A stretch of 64,000 nucleotides of DNA from Octopus vulgaris. Its lineage: Eukaryota. The position numbers and the translations under genes are program-made. How positions within the stretch are numbered: position 1 is the stretch's first letter; the number at the start of each line of letters is the position of its first letter. Location: the NCBI GenBank assembly GCA_951406725.2, contig OX597832.1, forward strand, positions 29,016,001 through 29,080,000, given 5' to 3'. The notes under the pieces were generated by a model. That model did not search any database, was not told the origin of the DNA, and was given only the letters and a program-made list of their open reading frames with translations. Positions 29,670 through 43,314 of this stretch are shown here, piece after piece.

Positions 29670-30070
29670 GCTGTCTCTGCATCAAACATTTAGATTCCTG
29701 AATATTCTGAGACGAAATCTTGTGTCAGTTGTATTATCATAACGGAATCGATCAAATAGAATACCAGTAATACACTTGGGTCGAATTCATCAATTGTGAC
29801 CTCTTGGTGGTCTTGTAATCATTATCAACCGGATCGACCTCACCGTTTTACGCCGGTGAACCATTATATAAAGCACAGAATGTGGTGCCTTCGAATTCCC
29901 CCCTACTTTTGTGTATTTTTGTCTTTTGAAGGGCACGAAGGGGACGAAGGGGTCAGCAGGTAGGATTTGGTTGCGGTTCCTGTCTTTTATTGGCCCCTTA
30001 TTTTGTCTACAAACACAATCCACACATCAACACAATTCTCTAAACCTCCATAAACATCTCTCTAATACGA

Positions 30071-30075
30071 CGTTG

Positions 30076-30107
<32 letters not shown>

Positions 30108-30295
30108 GGTGGTGGTGGTGGTGGTGGTGGTGGTGGTGGTGGTGGTGGTGGTGGTGGTGGTGGTGGTGGTGGTGGTGGTGGTGGTGGTGGTGGTGGTGGT
30201 GATGGTGGTGATGATGGTGGTGACGGTGGTGACGGTGGTGACGGTGGTGGTGGTGGTGGTGGTGGTGGTATTAGTGGTGGCGGTGACGGTGGCAT
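30071..30295. repeat. (GTT)n(GGT)n microsatellite
   Basis: Directly visible. Confidence 0.95.
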
Positions 30296-30959
30296 CATGG
30301 TCGTTGTTCAGTTGATGAGTGAGTGGGTGGGCAGGGATGTTGTGGCGAAGATTTAAAAACAACGAAATGACGAAAAAAAAGTAACAGACAAAAGTAAAAA
30401 AAAAAAAGAAAACGAAGACAAAAAGTAAAAAAAAAAAAAAAAAAAGAAAAATGAAAAAATGGAAAAAAATGTTTTTTTGTCTTTTTCAATGCAAAACAGT
30501 TTTGCTTTCTTTTTTTTTCAATTGTTTCTTTCAAAATGAGATGAAGGTAGCCATGGTTGTTACTGATCAATGAGACATTGAAATATCGAACTGGCGAAGT
30601 GATTGATTTATTCCACATCACTAATACTACAGAGTTTGATCACGTGATCTCTACCATTTAATTATTTGTTCTTATTAAGCGGAGAATGGCGGGTGGGGTG
30701 GGGCGGGGTGTCAGGTGGGGGGGCTTGTCTCGGGTTAAACAGCAATTAATACCGATGTCTGACATAGACCTGGAAGGTGGGTGGGTGGGTGTAGTTGGTT
30801 AAATCGACCCCCCAGGGACGGCGGGGAAAGACGAAGTCGACAAGAGTGGGATTTGAACTCAGAACATAAAGATACGTAACAAAATACAACACAATGCAAT
30901 TCGTCCGATGCTCTACCAATTCTGTGAGCCATTTTAGCCGTGACCATCCAGTATGGCCT

Positions 30960-31020
<61 letters not shown>

Positions 31021-31042
31021 CAGTAGTAACAGCAGCAGCAGC

Positions 31043-31105
<63 letters not shown>

Positions 31106-31107
31106 TA

Positions 31108-31173
<66 letters not shown>

Positions 31174-31235
31174 CAGTAGTAACAGCAGCAGCAGTAGCAG
31201 CAGTAGGAGTAGTAGCAGTAGTAGTAGTAGTAGTT
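30960..31235. repeat. (TAG)n/(CAG)n microsatellite
   Basis: Directly visible. Confidence 0.95.
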
Positions 31236-31385
31236 TAGTAGTTGTTGTACATGTGTGTGTTTATGTGTGTGTATGTGCGCGTGTGTATCTATACTTCCAT
31301 ATAAAGATACATATTAATGTTTGACGAACAAATATTTAGCTTTGCTGTTGGAAAGAGATCCGGTCTTTCTATAGAAGAAAGCGAA

Positions 31386-31602
31386 GCACCTGTAGACTAC
31401 CACTCACCTGTATAGCATCTCACACCTGTGTACTACATCAGGACACCTGTACAACAATAGGCAACCACACCGGCTGCAATCGCATACCTGTATAGCAACA
31501 CACATCGCACGTCATCATAAACCTGTACAGCATCTCGCACCTGTGCAATACCAACACACCTGTACACCATCTCACACCTGCCCGTCATTGTACACCTGTG
31601 CT
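31386..31602. repeat. Degenerate ~18-20-bp minisatellite built around ACCTG/CACCTG
   Basis: About ten recurrences of (c)acctgt followed by acagcatct-like sequence. Confidence 0.7.
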
Positions 31603-32669
31603 CTAAGACACTGGTCATACCTCCATACCGTTGCAGTGTGCTATACTGTACATACATACTGTACAGCATCACACACACACACACACAGAGAAACATATCA
31701 CCACACACTCACACACACACACACAGAAACATATCACCACACACTCGCACACACACACATCACCACACACACACACACACGCATACACACACACACTCAC
31801 ACACATACATACTGTTACACCAACGCACATATATATACGAGTATATATCATCTCACACACACGCACACACACACACACGCACACACACACACGCACGCAC
31901 ACACACACACACACACACACACGCACATATCCATATATATACACGGCTTCATACCTGTCTCCTTATCTGGCATTTCAGGTAACCCATTACAACCACAACT
32001 TCCACCTTCTCGTCGGCGGTGTTTGTTTTCATTTCCCTCCATCACACTCCTTTCGATCTCTCTTCGTTCCCTTTCATCTGTTATCGTTCGCCCTCCCACC
32101 CACCACCCACCACCACCACCGACATTTCATTTCATCGTAAATATAAGCAGGAACAACTCAAACAAAAGCTGCTTCTTTTATCCTTTCACTTCTTCATTTC
32201 TTCCTTTCGTCTTTACAACTTTTCACAACTTTTGCTTCTCTTTTCATCTTTTCTCTCCTTCTTCTTCTTCTTCTCCTCCTCCTCCTTCTTGTTCTTCTTC
32301 TTCTTTTTGTTCCTCTTCTTTTTGTTCCTCTTCTTGTTCTCCTTCTTCTTTTCCTTCTTCTTGTTCTTCTTCTCCTTCTTCTTCTTCTTTTTCTTCTTCT
32401 TCTTTTCCTTCTTCTTCTTCTTTTCCTCCTCCTCCGCCTTCATCTTCATCCTCGTCCCCTCCTCTTCCTCCTCATCTCCTCCCCTTATCTTACTCTTCCT
32501 TGTCTTTTAACAAAACGAATTAACAGAACAAACTAGGAATTTCGTAACAGCTGTTATCACAATGTGCTTTGCATCATTTTAGCCTCTGAAAAACGCCGCC
32601 ATACTGGCTTCGCGAGCAGGTCAACATTCGCGCGCGCGTGCATGCGCGCACACACACACACACACATAT

Positions 32670-32747
<78 letters not shown>

Positions 32748-32769
32748 TACATGTTCAACCGTTAATCTC

Positions 32770-32930
32770 TATACATTTTTTAATCTCCGTTATTTTCTCT
32801 GTTAGTCCTTTCAGCTGAAGAGCGTAGGCTCGAAATGTCAATGACTTTTCCTTTCTTCCTGAACGTTAAACTAAAACATTATTGTTCCTTCACTTGTCTA
32901 TGTCTTTTGTTTACTGTAAATTTGAACTAC
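32770..32930 (+). mobile_element. Penelope-like terminal fragment with minimal hammerhead motif (32803-32849)
   Basis: agtcctttcagCTGAAGAGcgtaggctcGAAAtgtcaatgact; tail tcttttgtttactgtaaatttgaacta shared with 8075-8140 and 53162-53282. Confidence 0.6.
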
Positions 32931-33002
32931 ACAAACACACACACAAAATAAACAAAATTAAAGTTATGTAGAAAACTGACACTAAAACTGAACGAACGTT
33001 TC

Positions 33003-33130
33003 AATTAGTCACGGCCAAACTGCGGCCAAACGAAAAACTACCTTAAATTATTTTTTAGCAGTGCGGCCTGTTTGATGATGAACCACCTCCTAAGCGGCCC
33101 GCCTCTCGAAAATCTGTTGCCTACGCCTCG
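33003..33130. mobile_element. Degraded hAT-like MITE
   Basis: ggccaaactgcggcc at the left end; gcggcccg...gttgcctacgcct at the right end. Confidence 0.45.
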
Positions 33131-33351
33131 TTTAGATGTTGATGCGATAGGATGAAATGAAGGCCAGATAAAAGGGTGTTGAACGTCTGACAATAACAAA
33201 ATTATTCTTGGATAGAACGATTAAGAACGGAACAAATATCGTAGAACATTCAAAGACAAATGGAGAAAGATCTTCAACTCCAGATTCTCGCTCCAACATT
33301 TATCCAGTTATTCTTAACCATCAATTTTTATTTCTCGTTTAACACTGTTTT

Positions 33352-33407
<56 letters not shown>

Positions 33408-33841
33408 CATCTTTCTCCTTCTCCTTCTTCTCCTCCTTTTCCTTCTTTATCGATTAAAATCTATATTTACCTGGATATACAGAGTTAACCATTAAACATA
33501 AGTTCATCCATTCTCCGGTAATAATTTGTCACTGACTGGACTCATCCTCACGCACACCCGCCTCTCTTTCGCTTTCATTGTCTGACGTGGGCGGATACAC
33601 ACACACACACACATACACATACATACACACACATACATACACACACACATACACACACATACATACACATACACCACATACACACACTTACACACAAATA
33701 CTCTCCCGCTCTCTCTACCACTCTCTCTCTCTCACTCTCCCACTCTTTCTCCCACACTCTCTCTCTCTCTTTGTTTCTTTCACTGTATATGTATATAGGT
33801 ATATATGAGTGTGTATATATATGTATGTATGTATATAGGTA

Positions 33842-33872
<31 letters not shown>

Positions 33873-33906
33873 TTACATAGATACACATACACACACACAC
33901 ACAGAC

Positions 33907-33987
<81 letters not shown>

Positions 33988-34444
33988 TCATATCATATAT
34001 GATATATATATATATATATACATATACACACACATACAAACATACATACATTTGTTTCTATAGATAGATGAGTTGACAGAAAAAGAAAAGAGAGAGAGAG
34101 AGAGAGAGAGGTCTGGTCACGAGGCTATGCAGACTAGCCGATATAACATTAGTAAAAAGACTTTTAAAAAAAAAACACCTTCTCCAACAACAACAACTAC
34201 AATAACAACAACAACAGCAACAGGCCCACTGCCACCAATTGCACAATGACATCAGCAACAATGAACAGCAAAACAGCAACAACAACAACAACAGTTAAGA
34301 CATCAGGAAGAAGAAACGATTTAATCAATCAAAACAGCAAATGGAAGCCGAGAGCAATGGCGGCAGTAAATTGGAAGTAACGTAGATCGATAGTGGATTG
34401 TTGTAGGTCAGGGGAGAGGGCCATGGGGCGAATGTGTGTAATGG

Positions 34445-34795
<351 letters not shown>

Positions 34796-35567
34796 GTGTG
34801 CCTATGTATTTAGTATGCATTTGTAAAAGATATATTTTATACACACATACGCTCAGCCACAGTCACGCATACACAATACACACACGTACGCACACAATAC
34901 ACACACACACGCACACAATACACACACACATACACAATTCACACATACACACACATATATGTATACACATATACATATAGACATATCCATATATATATAT
35001 ACATATACATTTATAAACTCTATTATTCACACACACACACATACATACATACATACACACATATATACACACATATATGCATATTTATACACACGCTATC
35101 GGATGGTCATTGGCTTTAATGTGTTCCTTCGCCGCCCTTTGACGGGTTTCGTTTTCCTTTCTGCAGCATGGTCCAAAATCTCTGTCAGCTTGACTTTGGG
35201 AGGTCATCGGCGACGACAACCCAACCATGCCACAGGATGCACTGGATTACATGCCTGACCATCTCCTTTAACTAGGCAGTCCAACTGTCTGCCCACACTG
35301 TATCCAAGGAAACTTCCCACGTGTTGAACTCGAACTCTCATCTCGTTTTCTTCGTTGTGAGTGTTTTAGTGAAAGAAAAAGAAAGAGATAAAGGAAAGCG
35401 ACAGAAAGGAAGAAAGAATGAAAGACAGTGGTAGAGAGTGGACGGAACCTCAGAGTGGACAGAACTCTTGTGGACAGCTCTACTTATTTGTAATTATTAC
35501 GTAATTGTCACCGGAAGTCATATAGTGTCTGGAACACCGGAAGTCAAGGCTGTAGCTGATTCACTAG

Positions 35568-35948
35568 GAGGCGCAGTGGCCCAGTGGTTAGGGCAGCGGA
35601 CTCGCGGTTGTAGGATCACGGTTTCGATTCCCAGACTGGGCGTTGTGAGTGTTTATTGAGCGAAAACACCTAAAAGCTCCACGAGGCTCCGGCAGGGATG
35701 GTGGTGATCCCTGCTGTACTCTTTCACCACAACTTTCTCTCACTCTTTCTTCTCGTTTCTGTTGTACCTGTATATCAAAGGGACCAGCCTTGTCACACTC
35801 TGTGTCACGCTTGATCTCCCCGAGAACTACGTTAAGAGTACACGTGTCTGTGGAGTGTTCAGCCACTTGCACGTTAATTTCATGAGCAGGCTGTTCCGTT
35901 GATTGGATCAACTGGAACCCTCGTCGTCGTAACCGGCGGAGTGCCACG
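35568..35948 (+). mobile_element. Full-length tRNA-derived SINE family C with 14-bp TSD
   Basis: A box TGGCCCAGTGG, B box GTTTCGATTCC; AGCTGATTCACTAG at 35554-35567 and 35949-35962. Confidence 0.95.
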
Positions 35949-36000
35949 AGCTGATTCACTAGAAATGTCGGTAGGAATTGAGTTTCCATTTACTTCATAC

Positions 36001-36260
36001 GAAATATATGTATACACTGTAATATATACACCGAAATATATACATACTAAAATATATATACATACTAAAATATATATACACTGAAATATATACATACTGA
36101 AATTTATATACACTGTAATATATACACTGAAATACATACATAACATACTAAAATATATATACACTGTAATATATACATGCTAAAATATATACATATACTG
36201 TAATATATACACGGAAATATATACATACTAAAATATATATACACTGAAATATATAGACTA
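36001..36260. repeat. AT-rich 14-18-bp minisatellite (aaatatatacatact / aatatatacactg)
   Basis: Directly visible tandem units. Confidence 0.9.
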
Positions 36261-36863
36261 AAGTGTCATTTCCACAGATAATCAGTACCTTAGGGTGACA
36301 GGAAGTTAAAAGAGATACAGGAAGTCATAGTAGTAATAATGTGACGACAGGAAGTAGATGTCGTTAAAGTCTACCAAGCCATTGACGGACCAAATATTTT
36401 TGATTTTTATAAAATTTCAATTGAAGAGACCCGTCTGACAGTTGATTTTATTCGGTGTTTATCTTTCTCTCGAAAACTTCCCAAACGCTCTCAGCTTCGC
36501 AGTTTCTTCTGCCACTGTAACCATTATTTGTTGCTAGTCTGTCAGAACAACTCGATACCAGGGTTTCATGACAGAGAATAAACAATGGAGAGATGGACCG
36601 AATGCGCGATGGAATCTTGTTGTGTGAAACAATGACCGGAAACTGTAACAGTTAATAGACAAAACAAATGGCTTTTCGCAGACTTTCCCGCTAGAAACCG
36701 GGACCTCGCTAGTCTAAACACAACGATCTTCATTGACTTGACATTATTATAAACAAAATATAGAATCATATTTTCTTTTTTGGTTCCAAGTTCAATTTTC
36801 TGAGGAAATATTTCTTTTATCTGCATGTGTGTGTGTGCGCGTTTGGTTTCATTTTTCTCTCTT

Positions 36864-37255
36864 TCTCTTTACTCTTTTTACTTGTTTCAGTCATTTTGAC
36901 TGCGGCCATGCTGGAGCACCGCCTTTAATCGAGCAACTCGACCCCGGGACTTATTCTTTGTAAGCCCAGTACTTATTCTATCGGTCTCTTTCGCCGAACC
37001 GCTAAGTGACGGGGACATAAACACACCAGCATCGGTTGTCAAGCAATGCTAGGGGGACAAACACAGACACACAAACATACACGCACATTCATATCTATGT
37101 ACATATACGACGGGCTTCTTTCAGTTTCCGTCTACCAAATCCACTCACAAGGCTTTGTTTGGCCCGAGGCTATAGTAGAAGACACTTGCCCAAGGTGCCA
37201 TGCAGTGGGACTGAACCCGAAACCATGTGGTTGGTAAACAAGCTACTTACCACAC
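36864..37255 (-). mobile_element. Near full-length SINE family A
   Basis: Collinear with 16376-16836, with a short internal microsatellite. Confidence 0.93.
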
Positions 37256-37674
37256 CGGTGATATCATGTAGCTTGTTCATGAAGTATACATCTGTTTCCG
37301 ATGAAAAATTGTTCTAAAGAAAGAAATACAACAAAGTGACAAGAGAGGAGAAGAATCGATCCCAGAACTGGAACATTGATTTATCTATCGACTCTGAAAT
37401 AATCGAAGCGTGTTGGATCACAATGAGATTTTAACCAAGAAGTCTGGAACAAATGCTGCAACGCATTCCAACGATTCAGACAGCAGGTACACTGAGAAGA
37501 AATGACGGTGATTGCAGGTGGGTGTTCATACCTGGTTTGCAGTAGTTATAGTGAAACTTACTCTGTTTGGCTTTTTTAGAACAGGATGAGTATCACAGCA
37601 TCTCTTTACCATTCTCTGTAAATCTGAATCTTTGAATTTTGCAAAAATTTAGCAAAAAGAGAAATGTGAAAGTA

Positions 37675-37967
37675 CAGTTCTATATTTAAGAGATGAGGAA
37701 TTATTTACATTATTTACATTTGACGGATATTTGTCCTCATCTTGTTTGTTGTTAACACAACATTTCGGCTGATATACTCTCCAGCATTCATTAGGTGTCT
37801 TGGGGAAATTTCGAACCTGGGTTCTCATTCCTAAGGTATTTTTCAATGCTATTATTATTATTATTATTATCATCATTATTATTCAGGTCACTGCCTGGAA
37901 TCGAACTCGGAATCTTGGGGTTAGTAGCTCGCGCACTTAACCACTACGCCGTATGCCCATGGGCATA
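37675..37967 (-). mobile_element. Composite SINE-like element: tRNA-like head, (AAT)n linker, hammerhead-bearing body; 8-bp TSD
   Basis: Head 37958-37885 with A box cGGCGTAGTGG and B box GAGTTCGATTCC; hammerhead fold 37754-37799; TGAAAGTA at 37667-37674 and 37968-37975. Confidence 0.75.
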
Positions 37968-38274
37968 TGAAAGTATTTGTATTTCAATAGTTTAATTTAA
38001 ATCACCGCAGTGACTACACCGGGCAGGGATTACCAGCCACGCCCTTCAATAAGTTGGTGTTTTAACTCTGCCCATTCCTCCAGAGACGGAATGATCTTAG
38101 GATGTTTCTCCCTGAACCCCTTGCCAAATTCCCTCGATGGGTAAGGAGTAAACCTAGAGTAGTTTCTCCTGAAGTACCTGCTGTACCCCCATCCATTGAC
38201 CGCGGGCACACCTGACACAAGATAAAGCATTTTAGAGTGGGAAATAATATTCAGGTATGGAATTTGAGAATCTG

Positions 38275-38440
38275 GGGATACCTCGGACTATGGTTGAGGG
38301 AAACCTCGTACTATGGTTGAGGGAAGCCTCGGATTATGGTTGAAGGAAACCTCGGATTATGATTGGGGAAAACCTCGGATCATGGTGTGGAGAATCTCAG
38401 ATAAGTCTGTGGTTGATGGGAAAACTTCGGATAATTGTGA
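38275..38440. repeat. 24-bp minisatellite (ggaaacctcggattatggttgag-like), 5 clear units plus degenerate ones
   Basis: Directly visible tandem units. Confidence 0.9.
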
Positions 38441-38545
38441 TAAATGTGGATATAATTCTGGGTTGGAAATATTGCACTCTTAGAGTTTGTAACTTTCCCC
38501 ACCCTGGGAAGGAACAAAGTTCGTATGATTAACCTCTTTATATGG

Positions 38546-38758
38546 ATTCTAAATTTTGGCATAAGGCAAGCGATTTCGTGAGAGGAGATAAGTCGATTAC
38601 ATCAACCCCAGTGTTCAACTGGTACGTATTTTAGCGATCCTGAGAGGATGAAAGGCAAAATCGACCTCGGCAGGATTTGAACTCATAACGTAATGACAGG
38701 CGAAATGTCGCTAAGCAAATTGCCCGACGTGTTTATGATTCTGCCAGCTCTCCGCCTT
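38546..38758 (-). mobile_element. SINE family B copy
   Basis: ggatgaaaggcaaaatcgacctcggcaggatttgaactc...ctgccagctctccgcctt. Confidence 0.9.
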
Positions 38759-39518
38759 GTTTAACCTCTTTGTATTAATTACTGTTCGTATTGAAGAACT
38801 TTTGGAAAGTTAGAATTGGTCCACAGTGAAATATAGAATGGTGAGAATCTGATAAAGATGGGCTGGTTTGAAATACTAAGTTTTATGGTCAACGGTAAAA
38901 GGGCGTCGGGCGTGGCCCTGACGTTTTGTAGGACCCAGCTGTTGACTGATAAGATTAACCTGATGACTGATAATCATCTACAGACAAATTACTACAGAGT
39001 TAAACGTGGGTGGGTAGAGAGGAAATTATGGGTGTGGTCTGAATATCTGCAAGAGAGTGACCCCCACAACGAAGCAGGTGGTGGTATTAAACCGATCGGG
39101 ATATCAAACGTCTACCACCTTGTAGAAAAGCGCAGGATAATGGTGATAGGAGCAGACGGACGGATGGTTTGGGTTTAACGTAGTCAACTTAGTTAAAACA
39201 TTTTGAAAGAAGGGACGTCAATAAAACGGTTTGTGTTTGACGATTGTTCAGTTGGGGACGAGTGGAGGGTGTTGGAATAAAACTAGACTGATAAACAGCT
39301 TCGAGCGACCTCTATCGTAGAATGAGAAAATTTATCTATGAATCAAGATGATGTGTGAGCGAAAAGGTGATGAGGTGTGGTGGCGGTGGCGGTGGTGGTG
39401 GCGGTTGAGGTGGTGAGGATATGCTGCGTGGTATGTTATGGCGGTGGTTGTGGGGTGTTGTGGCGGCAGGGGGTGGTTGTTGTTGTTGTTGTTGTTGTGG
39501 TGGTGGTGTGTGTGTGTA

Positions 39519-39579
<61 letters not shown>

Positions 39580-39676
39580 GGGTTAGATTCACAGAAGCTG
39601 ATCTTCAGAGAAGCATTTGCCGGCTGACTGAGTCACAAATCACTTTGGTGGATTTGCACCCGGGGTAGTTAACAAC

Positions 39677-39716
<40 letters not shown>

Positions 39717-39850
39717 ACACACGTACACACACACACATACACACAGACGAAAAATAAAGAGAGAAAAGGCAAAAAAAAAACAAGGAAAAAGTAAGAAAAA
39801 TGAAATGAAAATTGAAGAAACGGAAACGTTGAAAGTTGGATGTGAATGGA

Positions 39851-39905
<55 letters not shown>

Positions 39906-40421
39906 GGCTACAAAGTGAGGGATTTCTTCAAGTAGAACCACCAATTGAACATGAAAGATAGGTGCAACCCAATCTTGTTGATATCTTATTAAAACAGGTA
40001 ACCCGACACTGTTTTAGCCAAAGGCTTCGTTTGGATATCTCCTACCTGTCAAACCTCACCTCCAATTAAACACCACCACCACCACCACCCACTTTTACAG
40101 CTAAACATCTCTTTTATTCTATCCTTTCTTCTGTCTCCTCTTCTCTTTCTACCTCTCTTTCTCTCTCCCCCCATTTCAGTGTCTCCCTCTCCCTCTCTCT
40201 CTCTCTCTCTCATTCTCTCTCATTCATTCTCTAATCTCTTTCATTTCTCTCCCTCTCTCTTCCATTCTCTCATTTTTTCGTTTTTCCCCTATTTTTGTAT
40301 TATCAGCTCTTTCTACGTTTATTCTTTTTCTCTCTCTCTTTTCCTCTCTCACACACACTCTCACTCTCTCTTTATCTCTCTTTCTCTCTCTCCTCTCTCC
40401 CCCCTCTCTCTACTATCCTAC

Positions 40422-40577
40422 CTATTTCTTTACTACCCACAAGGGGCTAAACCCAGATGGGACAAACAAGGACAGACAAACGGATTAAGTCGATTATATC
40501 GACCCCAGTGCGTAACTGGTACTTATTTAATCGACCCCGAATGGATGAAAGACAAAGTCGACCTCGGCGGAATTTGA
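40422..40577 (-). mobile_element. 5'-truncated SINE family B copy
   Basis: Matches 9979-10135. Confidence 0.9.
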
Positions 40578-40689
40578 CATAACATTTGTCTTGCTCAGCC
40601 TCCTCATCTACCAAACATGGCGACCAACAGCCACAGAGGGTAATGTCTGACCTTCAATTCGCGTTTACCTTACACATACAACCACATTA

Positions 40690-41395
40690 TTAGTTCGTCC
40701 GTCGTTGTCGACGATGACCAAGGACAAGAAGCAGACGGGGCATGGTATGTCCAGCTGTGGCCGATCAGTCCGATGTGTGTCCGAAAGGCTCTGCCGCAGG
40801 TCGGACACCGGTGGTCAGTTGGGTCTAAATGCAAGGAGTTGCCTCTGGACTTGCATAATTCGCATTTTCTTTTTGTGATTCCGCGAACCTCTTCCGTTCA
40901 TAGGAAGTAGCACTTCTGCTAATGCATCTTCGCTTGGCCGGGCGGCCTTGTGTTCGCGTTTCTCAGGTGTCGGGGTTGGTCTCAAATCTCTTCAGTGAGG
41001 CTTTGAGTGAGTCCTTGAAGGGCTTTTCCTGTCCAGCTTGCGTGCGCTTGCCTTCCGCCAGTTCGCTGTAAAACAATCTCTTGAGAGATTCACGTGTCAG
41101 ACGTTCCAACAAGCTGGGCTGCTCACCTGACTTGTGCTCTCTTCAGCAGTGTGTAAATGCTTGACAGGTCAGCTTGAGAGAGGACCTTCGTGTCTGGGAC
41201 CTTGTCTTGCCAAGTGATTCTCAGCAGCTTTCTCAGACACTTCCTGTGGAAGTGGTTCAGCTTTTTGGCGTGGCGTTCGCAAACCGTCCAAGACTCGCCG
41301 GCATAAAGTAATGTAGGCTTGGTACATTACTTTACCTGCTTGGTAGTCCTTCAATTTCGTGGTCGGCCAAATGTCTCTCCTCCCTCACACTGATT
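40690..41395 (-). mobile_element. RTE-clade (BovB-like) LINE 3' fragment, decayed
   Basis: PTLLYAGESWTVCERHAKKLNHFHRKCLRKLLRITWQDKVPDTKVL...; LKRLFYSELAEGKRTQAGQEKPFKDSLKASLK; zinc-finger-like CPTCGRAFRTHIGLIGH; 3' end catcgtcgacaacgacggacgaactaataat. Confidence 0.92.
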
Positions 41396-41624
41396 AAGAT
41401 GCCGTTACAGTATGACTGGAGGAAGATATAGCTACTGTTTCCAGGCGGTTGTGATGCTCCCTCGTCGGTCCAATGTTGTAGTAGGAGAACAATATATGGA
41501 ATCTCCAGAATTCTTGGAACAATACAAGAGACTTAGTTGTAAAAGCACGGAAAACTGTTTGGTTTTACAATAGACTCAACATCTTTGGAAAACAGGAAGT
41601 CGGGGCACCGAACTAGAAACAACA

Positions 41625-42048
41625 TTGCCAAACTACACCACCACAACCACCATCCTCATCACCACCACCACCATCACCACAACCACCATCCTCATCACCA
41701 CCACCGACGCCACCACCACCATCTCTGTTGTCAGTTCCAATGGCCTTGACTTCTAATGACATTGTTTTGAATTTTTCCAAAACTGCCAGGACTGTTTCTG
41801 ATTAGCTCACCTTCCACCATCACCATCACCACCGCCATTATCACCACCATCACTACCACCACCACCACCGTCACCACTAATACTCACACTACCGCCACAA
41901 GCACAACTGATGGCTTCAACCATCAACACCATTACCACTACCACCGATACCAACACCAATACTACAAACAATAGCGATACGACAAATTATCACTGGCACC
42001 GCCACCACCGGCACCACTAGCGCCACCACCACCACCACCACCACCACA
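41625..42048. repeat. (CAC)n-rich low-complexity region
   Basis: Directly visible. Confidence 0.85.
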
Positions 42049-43314
42049 CATTATCTCTCACATCCGGGTTATATGTAAACCAGTTATAAAAATAACATTT
42101 TACATCTAATTAACTGCCATCTTTATTTCCTCCAATGACCCTGCCTGTCTGCCTGTCTACCTGTCTGTCAGTTTGGCTTTGGCAATGTATGTGTGTGTAT
42201 ATGTATGTATGTGTGTGTATGTATGTGTGTGTATGTATGTATGCGTGTGTATGTACGTGTGTGTATGTATGTATGCGTGTGTATGTACGTGTGTGTGTGT
42301 ATGTATGTGTGTATGTATGTATGTGTGTATGTATGTATGTGTGTATGTATGTATGTATGTGTATGTATGTGTATATGTATGTAATGTATGTATATATGTA
42401 TGTATGTTTGTATATATGCGTGTATGTATGCATGCATGTATATATGTATTATGTATGAATGTATGTCTGTATGTATGTTTGTATGTGTGTGTATATGTAT
42501 GTGTGTATGTATGTATGTATGTATGTATCTGTGTATGCATGTATGTATATAAAGATGTAAGGGTGTATGTATGCCTCTACGTACATGTGTATGAAAGGAT
42601 GTATATATGTGTGTATGTATGTATGTAGGTGTATGTGATTGTGCATCAATGTATATGTATGTATGTGCATGCATGTATGTATGTATGTACATATGTATGA
42701 CGTGTGTACGTGTATGTAACTGTACCTGTATGTGTGTGTACGTATGTACGTATGTATATGTATGTGCGCGCGTGCACGTATGTGTGTGTCCCCTTGTCTG
42801 GCTGTCCGTCTGTCTGTCTGTCTGTCTCTATGTCCGCTCCTCCTTATATTTATCCAATACCACCAATCCTGTAATTCCTTCCTCAGATTATCATCCTTCC
42901 CCGCCACCTCCACCACCCCAACCACCAGAATCGCCGGCGTCACGTGACACATCCCCACCAACACCCCTATCATGTGATTAAAAAACTTCAACCCCATCAC
43001 GTGGCAGGCCATATTTTCCCACGTAAAATATGGACTGAAAGAAAGTTAGTTTATTGTGTGCGTACGTGTGTGTATATACATACAAACATACATACATGCA
43101 TGCATACATACATGCATGCATGCATGCATACATACATACATACATACATACATACATACATACATACATACATACATACATACATACATGTTATGCATGC
43201 CAGGGTCGACATTCTATTTCATCCTTTAGGATAAACGCAGTAAAAGTTGCTTGCTTTGTGACGAAATTTGGAACAGTTGTTATATATTATAGCTCTTTTG
43301 TATGACCAACGAAC

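Noticed and set aside
35100-35340. Possible RTE relic on the minus strand (DDLPK...LQKGKR...NTLK)
   Set aside because: Similarity is too fragmentary to call by eye.
37885-37958. Possible tRNA gene
   Set aside because: A and B boxes are present but the acceptor, anticodon and T stems do not pair properly; it is a SINE head. The other tRNA-like heads in the window are likewise fused to SINE bodies.
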